Positions 1 to 12,736 of a DNA stretch of 64,000 nt are shown here, one piece after another. The notes under the pieces are model-generated. The model did no database searches. It was not told where the DNA came from and saw only the letters and a program-made list of their open reading frames with translations. A program made the translations under genes and the position numbers. This DNA comes from Antedon mediterranea (taxonomy: Eukaryota; Animalia; Echinodermata). Location: positions 28,244,912 to 28,308,911 of the forward strand of contig NC_092675.1 in NCBI RefSeq assembly GCF_964355755.1, given 5' to 3'. Position 1 is the first letter of the stretch, and each line of letters starts with the position of its first letter.

Positions 1-204
1 ATAATTTAAGTGAATCTTTATCAACTACTAAATTATGCATTAATTAATGTTTATTTTGAATAATTAATTATACTATTGTAATAATTCACCATGGTCCAGG
101 CATACCATGATCTATATTTTATCATGGTATACACTTACCATATTGCGGCCACCGGTGATCCGTTTAAAATAGGGAAACCAAGCATATCCAGGAATGTACT
201 ATAA

Positions 205-359
205 AGCTCTGTCTACCCTATCAAACTAGTTTGACAACAAAAGTGTGATGTATCTAAATATGGTAGTGATATGCCCAAATATGGTAGTGATATTACATCC
301 CTATGTCCATATTTGGGACATTATTGTCACATAAAGTTAGTGATAGTGTAGACCAGGCT
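205..359 (+). mobile_element. MITE family A, copy 1 (TIR AGCTCTGTCTACACTATCAAACT), PIF/Harbinger-like
   Basis: TIRs, internal CCAAATATGGTAGTGATATG repeats, TAA on both flanks; superfamily inferred from TWA flanks. Confidence 0.85.
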
Positions 360-549
360 TAATGTTTATGAAAGTACATTTTTTGTTGTCATCAAACATG
401 GGGGACAAGGCATATCTCTCCTTCCTACAACTACAAGATCTGTGCATATTTAGTGCATGCAGAAATAAAATGATAAACTGCATGTTTTTAGGGATACTGG
501 TGAAAATATAATAATGCAAATAGTTATGATATTTTATTTTATTATTTAG

Positions 550-3500
550 TTGAGAAAGAAAGCAGCACATCCAAATCACAGCTAGATTCGTCAGGCGCAT
601 TAATTAATGGACTGGAGAAGAACATTAATGATAGTCGGAATAAATTAAAAGAGAATGTTGAGAGGCTGGACATGAAATTGGTAGAAGTTAACAATAAGGT
701 TGGTCCTTTTTCCTTTAATTCTACGAAGTAAATCAATCTTCTTTTTTTAAAAATCTCTTTTGGTTCATAGAAAGTAAAATTATATAAATGAATTCAAAAT
801 AAAAAAAGACTATACTGATTACCACTACTCATCTCAGGATGGCATTCAACCTGGAGAGCATCTTTAACTTATATAAGACGTTGTCTATAATCGTTGAGAC
901 TAAAACATTTTTTACTTGAATTGAGTCTACACATCTGGCCATAACCGGTTAGTGGCGGTTTCATCACTGTTGGTTGTGAACAAAATAAAATAAAAATATC
1001 GATTTTCTATTAAATTGTTTAGCTTGGGATTATTATTGTTATATAATATATATATTTTTGTATTGTAGATAGTAGAACTTAATACTACATCACTAGCATT
1101 GAAGAATAAAGTACAAGCATTGCTGACACCGAAACAAGCAGTAGCTGCTGATGACCCACAATTGCAGAAGGTAGAAACTTTTTTTTTTTTTGGATTGCTT
1201 GCATTTTGAAATGAGAAGTCTAAAAACCTGAATAAAACGCCTTTTTGTGATATTTAGTTATCACCAGATTTTAGATCGAAGTGTCACATCACTTTCGTAC
1301 GGTATAATGACGAGCATTCATTGCCTGAATGGCAGCTGGATAAAAGCTGTTACAAAACATTTGTACAAGTAATGATGGACCGGTAACATCTACCGCTACG
1401 TAAAACCACAAATACTTTTTTTTTATGTGTATTATTGTAGGTTGTTGCTGGTTTGGGTAGTGAAGTTGAAGAATTGAAAGGTACAGTACAAGTTGTACAG
1501 AGTAGTCAAAAACAGCAACATGAAGACATTCAGTCCCTGAGCAAGAATGTAGCAGATCTGCAGGTAAGATGATTGCATAAGCCGTACCAAAACTACCATA
1601 TCTAATGTCTATAAAAATGGATGTGGCTATCTCCGCGCTCAACCATTCGTGTATAAAGTTTTATATGGGCATGGTCGACTGTAGATGTAATTTAGTATTT
1701 TCTATTTGTACGGATGGCCGTGCTCGATAGTCAAAAATTTGAGGTGGTGGCAATCATTGGTCCTTATAACCAATGTTAACCTATCTGTAAGGTTGATCAT
1801 GCTTAAATCGGTCGTATAATAGGGAACTAGATGCCCAGTCAACTGTGCCAATAGAAATGTTTACATTAGACACACGGTCTACCATACCGATAGAAAATAG
1901 TAAATTATAATGGCCAGTTTCTATAACCACACTGAATATTCTGGAAGTGGTTATAAAAGAATGTGAGAAGAAACATGGTCATGAATATAACTGCATGCCT
2001 CTATGCTATGATTACATACTTAACATTATATATTCATAGATAATTTGCATGTTAATCGACTATTTACTTTTCTTAACTATATAGTCAAGAAAGATAAAAT
2101 TGAATTAATATACCTCCTTGTATATTTCATGTTGCATACTAAATATATGATGTAATGTGGCATAAAATAATGCAAACATTGTGAAAAATGTCCTTGTTGT
2201 ACATATAAGTGGAATTGTTAATTGGTGGTTAAAGTCTTCATATGGCCAGTTGAATTAAAAAAGTTGTATGGCTTTAAAGATATTACTGCATCTTTTAAAA
2301 AAATAGCGGGGTTACCCGGTATACCGCTCCATTTCCGCCCTTGTTTAAAAAAAAGAAAGAAAGCCGTTTGGTGGAAGCTCAACACAAAGGGAAGCTTGGG
2401 GAGATGAAAGTTGTTCTTCACACCTGTGCCAAATTCAGCCCATTTAAGACACAGATTATTTCCCCACATTTAAATGCTTGGCTACCAACTTTGTTTGACA
2501 AAAATGTGTGATGTGCCTAAATATGGTAGTGATGTGCCTAAATATGGTAGTAACATGACATCATCGTGTCCATATATGGGTACATCACATTTGTTGATCA
2601 TATAGTTAGAGCTTAAGACTTTGTTTATGTACTGTACACAGTCTTCTGTGTGTATGTTCTAATGTAGAACATTAATTACTTTTGTTTATTACCAGTCTTT
2701 GGTAATACTCTTTAAAATCACAATCACCAATCACAGCTGACCAATTGATTGCATCCCTAGGTTAATGAAACTTTCTTGAACCAGTCAACCATAGCGGTAA
2801 GAAGTAGAATTAACAAATTATGAAAACTCTTAATTTGACATTTAATTTCTCAACCTTATCTTTTTGAATTCTATAAAATGCATGATAAAATGTCTCTTGG
2901 AAGAGTTGTGTAAAACTGTTGGGTTTTCTATGTTTTTTTTCTGTTTAAGTTTTTACTGTATTAATAATTTAAATTTAATTAATTATTTTGATGATGTCTC
3001 TCGGATAAAATCATTTTCTTATTCTTACTGCATGTTTTTGTAGACTGGTAGATTACATTATTTTACAGTAAAGATTACTCTATTACTCGGACTGGTGAAT
3101 GGGTTAGGAAAATGTATGTGTTATTCATGCCTATTCAGGATTCTTTTTTGAAGTTTTGTTCCTCTTCATAAAGATGTAACTCAGAAACTGAACAAAATAC
3201 TTGGCAAATGGAGGGCGGGCTATTTAATATTTTGTCCCGTATTTTACAGATTACTTTTCTTTTATGTGAAGCGCATAGAGGCTTTTGCATTATGCGCTTA
3301 AAAAGTGTATTATTATTATAATCTTTAATAAGCAGCAATATATCGATTTTCCTGAAAGAAAGGTTATGCATATAAATTTAAAGTATGATGATGTACTCGG
3401 AAAATGCATTTGAAGAATTTTTCTTTGTATAAAAATCAAGAATAGAAACATGGAGTTAACAGTCCTATTAAAAGATTACTATAATAAATTATGAAAACTA

Positions 3501-6500
3501 AAGTCAGTACAAAGGCACATGCAATAGTATTAGTAGTAATATTAATTAATCTGTTATACTTTTATCTTCTCGGATAAGTACTATAAACCATAGGTCCAGT
3601 GTACAAATTTAGCTCATGTGTTCTTTCGAGATGAGTAGGGGCTGACCCCGGTGTACTAGTACATCAAAGCCCACTGATCATAACTGGCCCCTCTGGGAGA
3701 CCAGTCTTTGACTGAACAGTTTAAATAAATAACTAAATGAATGATAACAAACAAACCTTTTGATTTCAGAGTACTGTAGCATCCATGACTCAGGCATCAC
3801 ATGAACAAGGAACCTCAGCACCGCCTCTGGTGCACCCATCAGCTATACCTGCTTCTAATGCCAGTGTTACCAAGGCTTCTAACAACACCCAACAGCCTGA
3901 TGCAGTTGTTGCAGATTATTTTGAGCAGGTTAGTAGAATTACATTTATAATATGTTTTCCTTTAGATTGTCATTGTTTGTATAATGTAGTATTAACATTA
4001 GCAAGGATTCAAGGGTCACTTGCTCCATGGTTCTGGACGAGTCTTCTCGGATAAGGACTATGAACTGTAGGTCCAGTGCACACAAAATGCCATGTGTACT
4101 TTAAGACCTAGTACATCTTTCGAGACGAGTACTAGCTCACATAGCCAGTAGTTTTCAGCATTAACATAAGGGAGCATTAGGGAAGAAGAATGTTGTTGAA
4201 AAGGTGTAACATCCAATTCCATTAGTGCTATTGTTATATATGGCGCTATATACTGTATATCGCCATTATTATTATTATTACATATGATTTTACAAGATTT
4301 ATCAATTAAATAATTAATTATACTTTTATTTTTGCAGGAATTAAGAAAATTGTCCAGTGTTATAGGCGCATTAAATGCATCGTTATTTACCGTTGAGCAA
4401 CAGCAGACAGACTTCTCAGAGCGGTTGAACCTTATTTCAAGCAGTATCCCATTGGGAGTACAAACTGCTAACAGTACTGTGAATTTGATAGACATACTGA
4501 AACTGCAATCAGATGTTAAATCACTGGTAATGTTAATTATATCATCATTAATAGCTGCATTAGAAATGCTAGCATTTAAGTTATTCATTTTTGATTCATC
4601 TTTTTTTTTTTCGGAATACCATGATTACACAGTCTATTTCGTGCCTGCTTACCTGGATAAACCGACAATATACCCCACTCTCTCCGATAGGGGTGCTAAA
4701 CGGATTTTCCTTTTTTCGTAATTGTATCCTATCTTCGGATAGTGAGGGCTATATTGTTGGTTTATCCAGGTAAGCAGCACTCATAGACTACCAACACCAC
4801 TGTTGGTTTGTGTAATATATCCATACCATATAAAGAAGGTTAACATAAGAAATCACTGTACACACTTAAAAAAAAGAGTTGAGGTTGTACAGGATAACAG
4901 ACAAAATATATATATAAAGTCAACTCAAGGCATTCCACTGTATATGCATTCTTGATGCATTAAAGAACCTGGCGATTAGTGGCCATGATCAAAGAATTAA
5001 CACTTGCGTTCACACAATTTTTTAATGAACTCATCAAATGATGCATGTATTTAACTTGTCTAGTAAAATATGGTTCCCAGTTGACTTCCAATGCCTCTAC
5101 TATTTATTACTGTATTATTACACTAATATTTGTGTGACACATGTGTGATAATAACTGTTGTGCACATGGAGGTAATGGTTACCCATTTGTTTCCAATTCC
5201 CTTTCCTATTATTACACTCACAGATATTGTTTTTTAATTTCTTAGATGGCCCATGTTGGTAATGAAAACAGCAGTTTATCAACTGGTGATTCCAATGCCC
5301 ATGATGTTATGATGATGCATGCTCAGATTGCTGTGCTACAGTTAACAGTGGATACTTTGACGGACAAAGTGAAGCAGGTATGTGACTATATGTTTAAACA
5401 CTCCCTGTCTGAACAATAATCCTTGTAGAATATTTGAGAGGATGTAGTTTTCACACAAAGTGACAAAATAACTGTATGTGTCTTGCAGTTAAACACTTCC
5501 AGTCTGAACAATCATTCTTATGTAGAATATTTGAGATGATGTACTTTTCACACAAAGTAACACAATATAATTTGTTTCTTGCAGTTAAACACTCCCAGTC
5601 TGAACAATAATCTACTGAACATGAATACAACGCTAGGCATTCAGACAATCATGACCAATTCATTGAACCATTTTAAAGAAGAGAATATCCAGAATCTAAA
5701 CGATGTAAAGTTTACCCTCAGTCAAGTACAAATGAAAACAGAGAATCACCAAGAATCTATTGATGCTCTGCAGCGCCAACTACAAGACATGCATAGACTT
5801 TTGTTAGATATTATTAACAATTCAAATACCCCAGGTTAGTATACAAATAATGTTTATGATTTGAATTATTGGAAGATTATTTCATGAGTTTACCATTAAA
5901 TAGGATGTGAGGCTTTCAATCAGTGAAATATCCTCACCATTCATTAAATGTAAAAAAATGTGTTTATAACATGCTTACTGTTTTTAACCAATTAATATCC
6001 ACCATTTCCAACTTAAATAAATGTCGAAGAAAGGGTAAGCTCTGTCTACACTATCAAACTTTATGTGACAAAAAAAATGTGATGTTCCCATATATGGACA
6101 TGATGATGTCATATCACTACCATATTTGGGCATATCACTACCATATTTGGACACATCAAATTAGTTTGATAGTGTAGACAGAGCTCAAAACTGTTGTACT
6201 GCAACTTTTTATTACTGCAAACTATTATCAAAAATAAACTGGCATTGGGTAAAAAAATTAGGTTTCAACCATTTTTTGTTTCACTTAAAGAAATACTAGC
6301 CCCCTGTGGCTAGTACAAAGCACATTGGACGGCCGGTCTATGAACTCAACACATTGTTTCATTGTCTTACACAGTTTCAGTAACAAATAAAACCATTGTT
6401 ACATCAGCCCCACCACCAGTGAATCCAACAAACGCAGTAACACCAACCATGCAGCCTCCTACTGAAAGTCTGCCTGGCGCTACAGAACTTGGAGATACAC

Positions 6501-7230
6501 TGTACCCAACAACACCAACGCAGGCTGTGAATGACACGTTTCAAGACTTGTTGCCACCACCTTATGGCTATCTTGAACTGCCAGGGGTTAATAGTATTGA
6601 AGGTAAAGGGTTTACAGAATATTTATTTTATACTAACTCATGGTATCTTTTATTTCCAAAAAATATGGAAATGCTAATGTTAACCCATAATAATTCTTTT
6701 CTAAAAATATGTAGTGTGTGAAAGAATTTAAAACAAAATTTAAAAACCTTGATAATAGAATTATGCAGAGCAAGGCTATCAGCTAGCCATATGCAAAGAA
6801 TACATTGGAACCTCTATTATGGGACATCTTTCAGCCCAACAAAATATCCTCTTAACAAGGGTTGGCTATAGTGTTTAAATGCTAGAAAGTGTCCCCTGAA
6901 TGGGGGGAACCAGAAGAGGGGCTCTACTGTGTTTGTTTAATTTTACTGTATCAAAAAACATTATTTTGAATGATTGTTTTTAATTTAGATGTAAAAGCTC
7001 GCTTCAGAATCTGGAATATGGAACGAGGATATGTAACATTTGAAGAAATGGAAAATTTCTTAGGACCAGGTTTTAAAGGAACATCTCAGCTTGAGCAGTT
7101 TGACTACGATCGCAATTCACAGTTGAATGAAGAAGAAATTGTGGAAGCTTTTGGTTTTCAGGATGTGCACAACCGAAGGAGATTTCAAGAAGGCCCTCCA
7201 ATCACCACCCCAGCGCCAGGTGGTGTATAG
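550..7230 (+). CDS. EFCAB14: EF-hand calcium-binding domain-containing protein 14-like, 5'-partial (upstream exons outside window)
   Basis: Exons 550-698, 1069-1170, 1441-1563, 2761-2796 (36-nt microexon), 3770-3928, 4338-4526, 5246-5377, 5585-5834, 6375-6602, 6989-7230. All AG/GT bounded, phases join into one frame (about 535 codons). Coiled-coil segments with many N-x-S/T sequons, a Pro/Thr-rich linker, then LPGVNSIEDVKARF...LEQFDYDRNSQLNEEEIVEAFG, resembling the recalled vertebrate EFCAB14 C-terminus (LPGVSSTEDLQDLF...LRAFDSDGDGRYSFLELRVALG). Confidence 0.8.
735..928 (+). repeat. Interspersed repeat with an inverted copy at about 10106-10298
   Basis: CTTATATAAGACGTTGTCTATAATCGTTGAGACTA versus TAGTCTCAACGATTATAGGCAACGTCTTATATAAG; similarity over about 190 bp. 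Confidence 0.85.
1686..1910. mobile_element. Putative MITE with imperfect TIRs
   Basis: TAATTTAGTATTTTCTAT..GTACGG versus CCATACCGATAGAAAATAGTAAATTA. Confidence 0.6.
2477..2613 (+). mobile_element. MITE family A, degenerate copy
   Basis: Internal GTGATGTGCCTAAATATGGTAGT repeats, decayed ends. Confidence 0.75.
3563..3732 (+). mobile_element. SINE fragment; same family at about 4043-4135 (+), 12950-13065 (-), 21965-22040 (+), 48958-49030 (+)
   Basis: Shared CTTCTCGGATAAGGACTAT..TAGGTCCAGTGTACA..TACATCTTTCGAGACGAGTAGGGG..CCCTCTGGGAGACCAGT. Confidence 0.8.
4636..4780. mobile_element. Foldback/MITE hairpin; related fragment near 39170-39227
   Basis: CTGCTTACCTGGATAAACCGACAATATA...TATATTGTTGGTTTATCCAGGTAAGCAG; GGTTTATCCAGGTAAGCTAGGCACGAAATA recurs near 39200. 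Confidence 0.8.
5378..5612 (+). repeat. 95-96-bp tandem repeat making up nearly a whole EFCAB14-like intron, including a duplicate acceptor
   Basis: TTAAACACT-CC-GTCTGAACAAT starts at 5394, 5489 and 5585; the last two are preceded by CTTGCAG. Confidence 0.9.
6038..6185 (-). mobile_element. MITE family A
   Basis: Intact TIRs, reverse orientation. Confidence 0.9.
6802..6930. mobile_element. Degenerate Tc1/mariner-type MITE; similar relics near 26230, 39100 and 54256-54410
   Basis: TACATTGGAACCTCT...AGAGGGGCTCTACTG ends and an internal GTGTCCCCTGAAT motif. Confidence 0.5.
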
Positions 7231-7522
7231 AATTTAAGACAATCCAGAATCACTCAGTGATTTACATATTTTAACGAGATCACCACAATCCAGTGGTGTA
7301 TAGATGTCTAGGTTCACTCCCTCTAGTCACCAAGTGATGTATAGACTTTACGTTGACTAGGTCCAGCCATTACAGAGTAATCTAGTTATGTATAGACTTT
7401 ACTTTAACTAGGTCTAGTCACTACAAAATCACCCAGTGATGTATAGACTTTAAGTTGACTAGGTCATGTCACCAGAATAATCCAGTGATGTATAGACTTT
7501 AAGTTGACTAGTGATGTATAAG
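7200..7522 (+). repeat. Degenerate roughly 50-bp tandem repeat overlapping the EFCAB14-like stop codon and 3' UTR
   Basis: Recurrent CCAGTGATGTATAGACTTTAAGTTGACTAGG-like units; the stop lies in GGTGTATAG. Confidence 0.8.
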
Positions 7523-9677
7523 TTATATATGGTACAATTTTTTTTTATGGAAAACAATATTGGATATTTGTTTAAATTCTCTAGACTGCCATTGGACAGT
7601 TGAGTTTATTTTTAATTAAAAATACCCGATTCTTTCAAAGTAAATTGGATTTATCAAGCGATGAACAAAAATTATGGAGTGTTATATTATTATAGTACTG
7701 TAGTAATATAATTGATTAAGAAAACAAATTGAATATAGGTTCCAAATTAGTCTCCATTAAGAAATAATTTGTGAGTGATACTTTCATTAATCTTATTATT
7801 TATTTATATAAAAAAAACACATAAATTTAAGATATTAATTTTCATGAGATTAATCATTTTAGTTGATATGTATTTGTCGCTCATTGTATAGTGTATATAG
7901 AAAGAAGTAACTGAAGATTCCCGACAGATTTGAACATTAAATCTAATGTTCATATAAAATTATCTGTACGAGACATTAAAATGTGAATGTGGCTAAAGCT
8001 TGGTTCCCATTTGGATGTAACGAATTGACGTGCAATCACAAGCGACATTTCGAATGATCCACCTTTACTAACGCACTTGAAAGAAAAAGTCGTACAAATA
8101 ACAGGAATGGCCATGATGTTATATTACCAGTATTAATATTAATATATGATTATTAGAACAATATTTTCATACATGATATTATATGAATGATACACATTGT
8201 GTTGGGTATTTCTTTTTGTTGCACTAGTATTCTGGACAACTAGTTTTTATAACGGTAAACACACTTGTGTACCACTAACCAATAGTTTTTTGTAATCAAA
8301 ATCGGTAAAGTTATTATTTATGTTATGTACATCATATTTATTTTCATTGTATTTAAGTTTCAGAGTCAGTTGTGCGAGACATTAGGTATTTTTCAGCTAA
8401 CATACAAACCAATAAAGCGTAAAAAAACATTTGAGCATGCTCATTAACTAATTGGCATTGTGATAGTTTCCAAATTTCTGAACAATGATGATTAGTGACA
8501 TGCATAATGTAGTTGTTTATGATTGGTAGACTTCAATGCTGAATGGTCCAATAGAATTGTCCCTATTATATCATGACGGGAAAACCCTTATTTGGTGTGT
8601 ACTAGTATACTGTGTGGTTTGTCTGAATATTAGAGAAACAACGTATCACCTTTTGTACTTGTAAATTCTTAGTTTAGGTCAGTACTAATATTAGGGTTCA
8701 GGTGTAGTGCCAAATGGTCATTAAGGGAAGGGGGAGGTGGCTATCAAGGTAAATACATTGTAAGTATTTAAGTATATCCAAATATATCCATTTTGACTGT
8801 GTAAAGGGAAAATTCTTAGTACGGATAAAAAAGCAGTTAAGAACAAGGTATACAAAAAATCTCCCGGTTTGAAAATTGGATTATATTAATCACAATATAT
8901 CCTGTATATAACTTTTTGATATTGTAAGGATTAAAAATGCATTTGTATTTAATGCTGGCCCCCTGCTGCGAAACACCACGTCTTGAGTTTGTTGAAAACA
9001 CAAAGTTATTCATTCTTGTAAATTGTCAAACTTGCTAATTAAATCTATGCACATTTAGTTAACAGTAGTTTTGCTTAGAGTATTCAACAAGTTATTTTTA
9101 GAATATGATGTAATGCTTTAGGACATTCTATCCTTGCTTAAATAGAAATAATATAGTATATTTCTGTAAGTTGTTTTCTTTTAATTTTAAAAGTCTAACG
9201 TAATCTAGCCTAATCCTGGTTGCAGAAACAATGGTGAACTATAAAATATATTTGTATTAAATTTCTTTGGTTTAATTATATTGTTTTAACCTTGCTATTC
9301 ATATACCTTCCTACAACTCGTGTTATTTTTCGTTGGTAATTTCTGTCCAATAGATGTAGAGAAAATGCTATTTTAAATATGTACATTGTTTGAATTTTAT
9401 CAGTCAGCAATAAAGTGTTAATAACAGTTTTAAAAATTGAAATGTTTTGTGGTGTTATTGATAAAGATGATTAATCAATTTGATACAGATTATTTCAATG
9501 GTAAATAAAGTAATTAGGCAAATGTTTACTGTATTGTAAACACTAGTAACATTAATAGTGGAGATTGAGGCGCTCAAGAAGTGGAAAGGTGCATAATACT
9601 TTAGTAAAGATGGGAATGCCAACTGACCAGTTTGCTGTCATACCACTGAGGCTTCCCGGTAGCAATTTTTTTTTCTT

Positions 9678-10092
9678 GTAGGTAAAAATGATGCAAACAT
9701 GAATTATTCATTATTTTCTATGTGAAGGAATTACAAGATAGCTACCTACTTCCTAAATATAACATAACACTCTAAATAATCTCTTACCAAAAAGAAACTG
9801 CTCACAGGATTCGACCCAGTACATCGCCATGCAAACCCACAGTCTAAGCCATTCGACTACACAGAACACTCGACAGAAAGCGTTTGCATTAGCGAATTGT
9901 AGTCGGTCATACCTTAAGCTCTGTCTACACTATCAAACTAGTGTGATGTGCCCAAATATGGTAGTGATATGACATCATCACATTTTTTGTCACATAAAGT
10001 TTGATAGTGTGGACAGAGCTTAATGCACATTTAATAAGGTAGCAGAATATAACTAATGAATAATTCATGTTTTCTGCATCACTTACCTAAGA
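9678..10092. mobile_element. Inverted-repeat-bounded element with an internal tRNA-like segment and a nested MITE A
   Basis: TAGGTAA..TGATGCA.AACATGAATTATTCATTA versus TAATGAATAATTCATGTTTTCTGCATCACTTACCTA; minus-strand TAGTCGAATGG and GGGTCGAATCC (A/B-box-like) at about 9806-9862. Confidence 0.6.
9917..10020 (+). mobile_element. MITE family A, internally deleted, nested in a larger inverted-repeat element
   Basis: Near-intact TIRs, TTA/TAA flanks. Confidence 0.88.
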
Positions 10093-11014
10093 AATATATA
10101 TTATGAAGACTCAATTAAAGTGCAAATATTTATAGTCTCAACGATTATAGGCAACGTCTTATATAAGTCAAAGATGCTTCCCAGGATCGGAGGAATGCCA
10201 TCCTGTGATGAGAACTAGTAGCAGTCTTGTTTATTTTTAATTCATTTATATGTAATTTTACTTTCTATGGACCAGAGATTCCGAAATAAAAGATTGAATA
10301 TTAGCTTCCTGATATGGTCAAATTTGCAACTCTTCTCTTCATCCTAATTGAAAACTGTGGAAACATAATATGTCAAGAAAGAAAAACATTCTGATAACAC
10401 AACATTGTTCAGATTCAGCTTTGTTTATTGTTGCTACAATTTATAGGTGTTAAGAATTAATCCAAAGGTAAATTGATTAGGTTATACCACAAATTATCTA
10501 TAAAAACTACAGGAATTATGATGAATTACATTCAATGAAGAGAGTCCTACGTCTAAACAGAATGTCAGGCAGATTATATCCCCCAAATTGGTACTTTACT
10601 ATTACATTGTGTGTTTGTGTGCCCTTACACATACATTGCATATGGAAATAAGTTTCTCTATATCAAAACCTTTAAATATTCTATATTTAATCACCATGAA
10701 ATAGACATTCTGCTCAACTTGCTCAAAATGGATCCGTGGTTATTTGCCAGATGGACTCATTTGAATTCCTTATGAAACGGAATCGGATTGTCAGGGGCAG
10801 ATCTAGGGAGAACATTAGGGACACACGCTTGCCTGCTTCAGTGACAGTTAAAATGAAAGTATTACCTACTTTTGATATCTATTATTAGATATTATAAAAT
10901 ATGTTAGTGCTCCCCAGTTTAAAAAGTATTTCTAGATATGCCTCTGAATGTTACACAACCATATGATTACTGAAAGGACTTCGTTCATCCACAATGTCTA
11001 CCATAGACCTAGGC

Positions 11015-11258
11015 AAAGGTAAAGGTGAGTCCTGTGTTCTCTGAACGTAGGGGAATGAGCTGTTAGGAGCTCATTGTACTAAGCCTTGGCATTATGTGGT
11101 AGGGTGGCCAGTTCCTTTCCACGCCGCCTTTTTTCTCCCTAGTATTTTCAACCAGGTACTCATTTACAGCTGAGTGGACTGGGAGTTGTCGGGAATTGAA
11201 CCCGGGTCTATCTGTATGACAGTCAAGTGTCCTAACCACTTGGCTATCCAACTCCTCC
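11015..11258 (-). mobile_element. Full-length tRNA-derived SINE
   Basis: A box TAGCCAAGTGG, B box GGTTCAATTCCC, body CCACTCAGCTGTAAATGAGTACCTGG, (CCTTTA)n tail, ACCTAGG on both flanks (possible TSD). Confidence 0.85.
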
Positions 11259-12736
11259 TACCTAGGTAGGTATGCAAATAAGTGCTCGCTTTTTTGGACA
11301 AATTCTATGCAAGTCACCATAGAGCAACAGTACTAGAAACCAGTGTGGCAGTAAAGGTAAAGTGTTTTAGAAGTTAACTCTGCCTGACATACTGATGAGA
11401 ATTGAGAAATAGACACAGACATGAATTTTTTCTAACTAGAATGAATACTATTTATAGTTGTCAAAATGCTTATTAAATTCAAAAAGAAATACTGTACTTA
11501 AAATTGGAAAATTTACATTGCTATGAATTGCATTCTTTAAAATTGCCATCCATCAAATGCACAAATAAAAACAATAAACATAAAATTATTTAAATTAATA
11601 AAAGCAATTTAAAATAACTGTATCAAAAAATGACTTCCATGAATGTATTTGAATTGCAAAACAAAAACTATTTTCTTGATTCAATGTTTTTTATATATCT
11701 TCAGGCAGAAATTTATATTGCTACTGTATTTACATTTTTTACATATAAACTGGTATAATAGAGAAACACTTTGTGTGTGTCATTTTCAACACATTTCAAC
11801 TGCATCCTTGCACATAGAGGAGGAGGAGGAGGAGCTGTAAACGCATTTTAAAGCCTACAAAATTGTTGATGTTACTCAATTCCGGCCCCAAAATTGTTAC
11901 CCAAATTCGACCCCAGAATTTGATAAAATCTAAGGTCGGGATAGATTTATGCAATTGAGCCTTTAATTTTTTTTTAGTAGAAATTGCATGCATGAGCGAA
12001 TTTTCAATAGCAGTCTCTATTTTTGTTTAGATTTTGGCCAAATAGAACAGCTATATAAATATTTATATCATTAACACAAATCAGCTAAAAAAAAAGGCGG
12101 ATTATTCAATTAATTGCTTAGGCAACATACATTTGGGCCTTATTCCAAGATAGATACAATTATTATCTAAAAAATACTTTGTTAACCTTTTTTTGAATTT
12201 ATTCATGTATTTAAGAACAAGATTTTACCCAGTTCTGTAGTCTGTAGCTGCGACTGTTTGAAGGCAGTTATAAATTCCTTGACATTCCTACAGCATTTTT
12301 AGTAGAATCGGTTTATACTAGTCCTATCATGTACATACTTCAGTATTGATAATCACACAACAAAAAAATCAAATCAGTTACAACTGTTCCAATTTTGTCA
12401 AGGAAAAGGAATGCAATTATTACCATCAGGTAGCTTCTGTACATACAGGTACATTATAAATTACAGATTTTATTCAGATGAGCCCAAAAGAATGTGTCCA
12501 CATTGTTGCATCACAAGGCGTGTTGGTATCGTAGACTAAGCCTAAATATCATAATACTGGAAAAACAAAATGTACTACTGTAGATGCCGATTTAAAAAGT
12601 TCTAGGTCTACTAGGTTTCAAATAAAATCTCAATATTTTCAGCTCATTTTTATGTTACATTTTTATATTCAGTTCCACATGATTGCGTTCCTGTAGACTG
12701 CGCTAGCACATCAAGGTGACGACGATCTTTAGATCT

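Noticed and set aside
2696-2760. Upstream acceptor (ACCAG at 2695) for the EFCAB14-like microexon
   Set aside because: Gives an in-frame TAA after six codons; the acceptor at 2760 keeps the frame.
4058-4588. 176-aa minus-strand ORF
   Set aside because: Antisense to an EFCAB14-like exon plus a SINE fragment; no recognisable domain.
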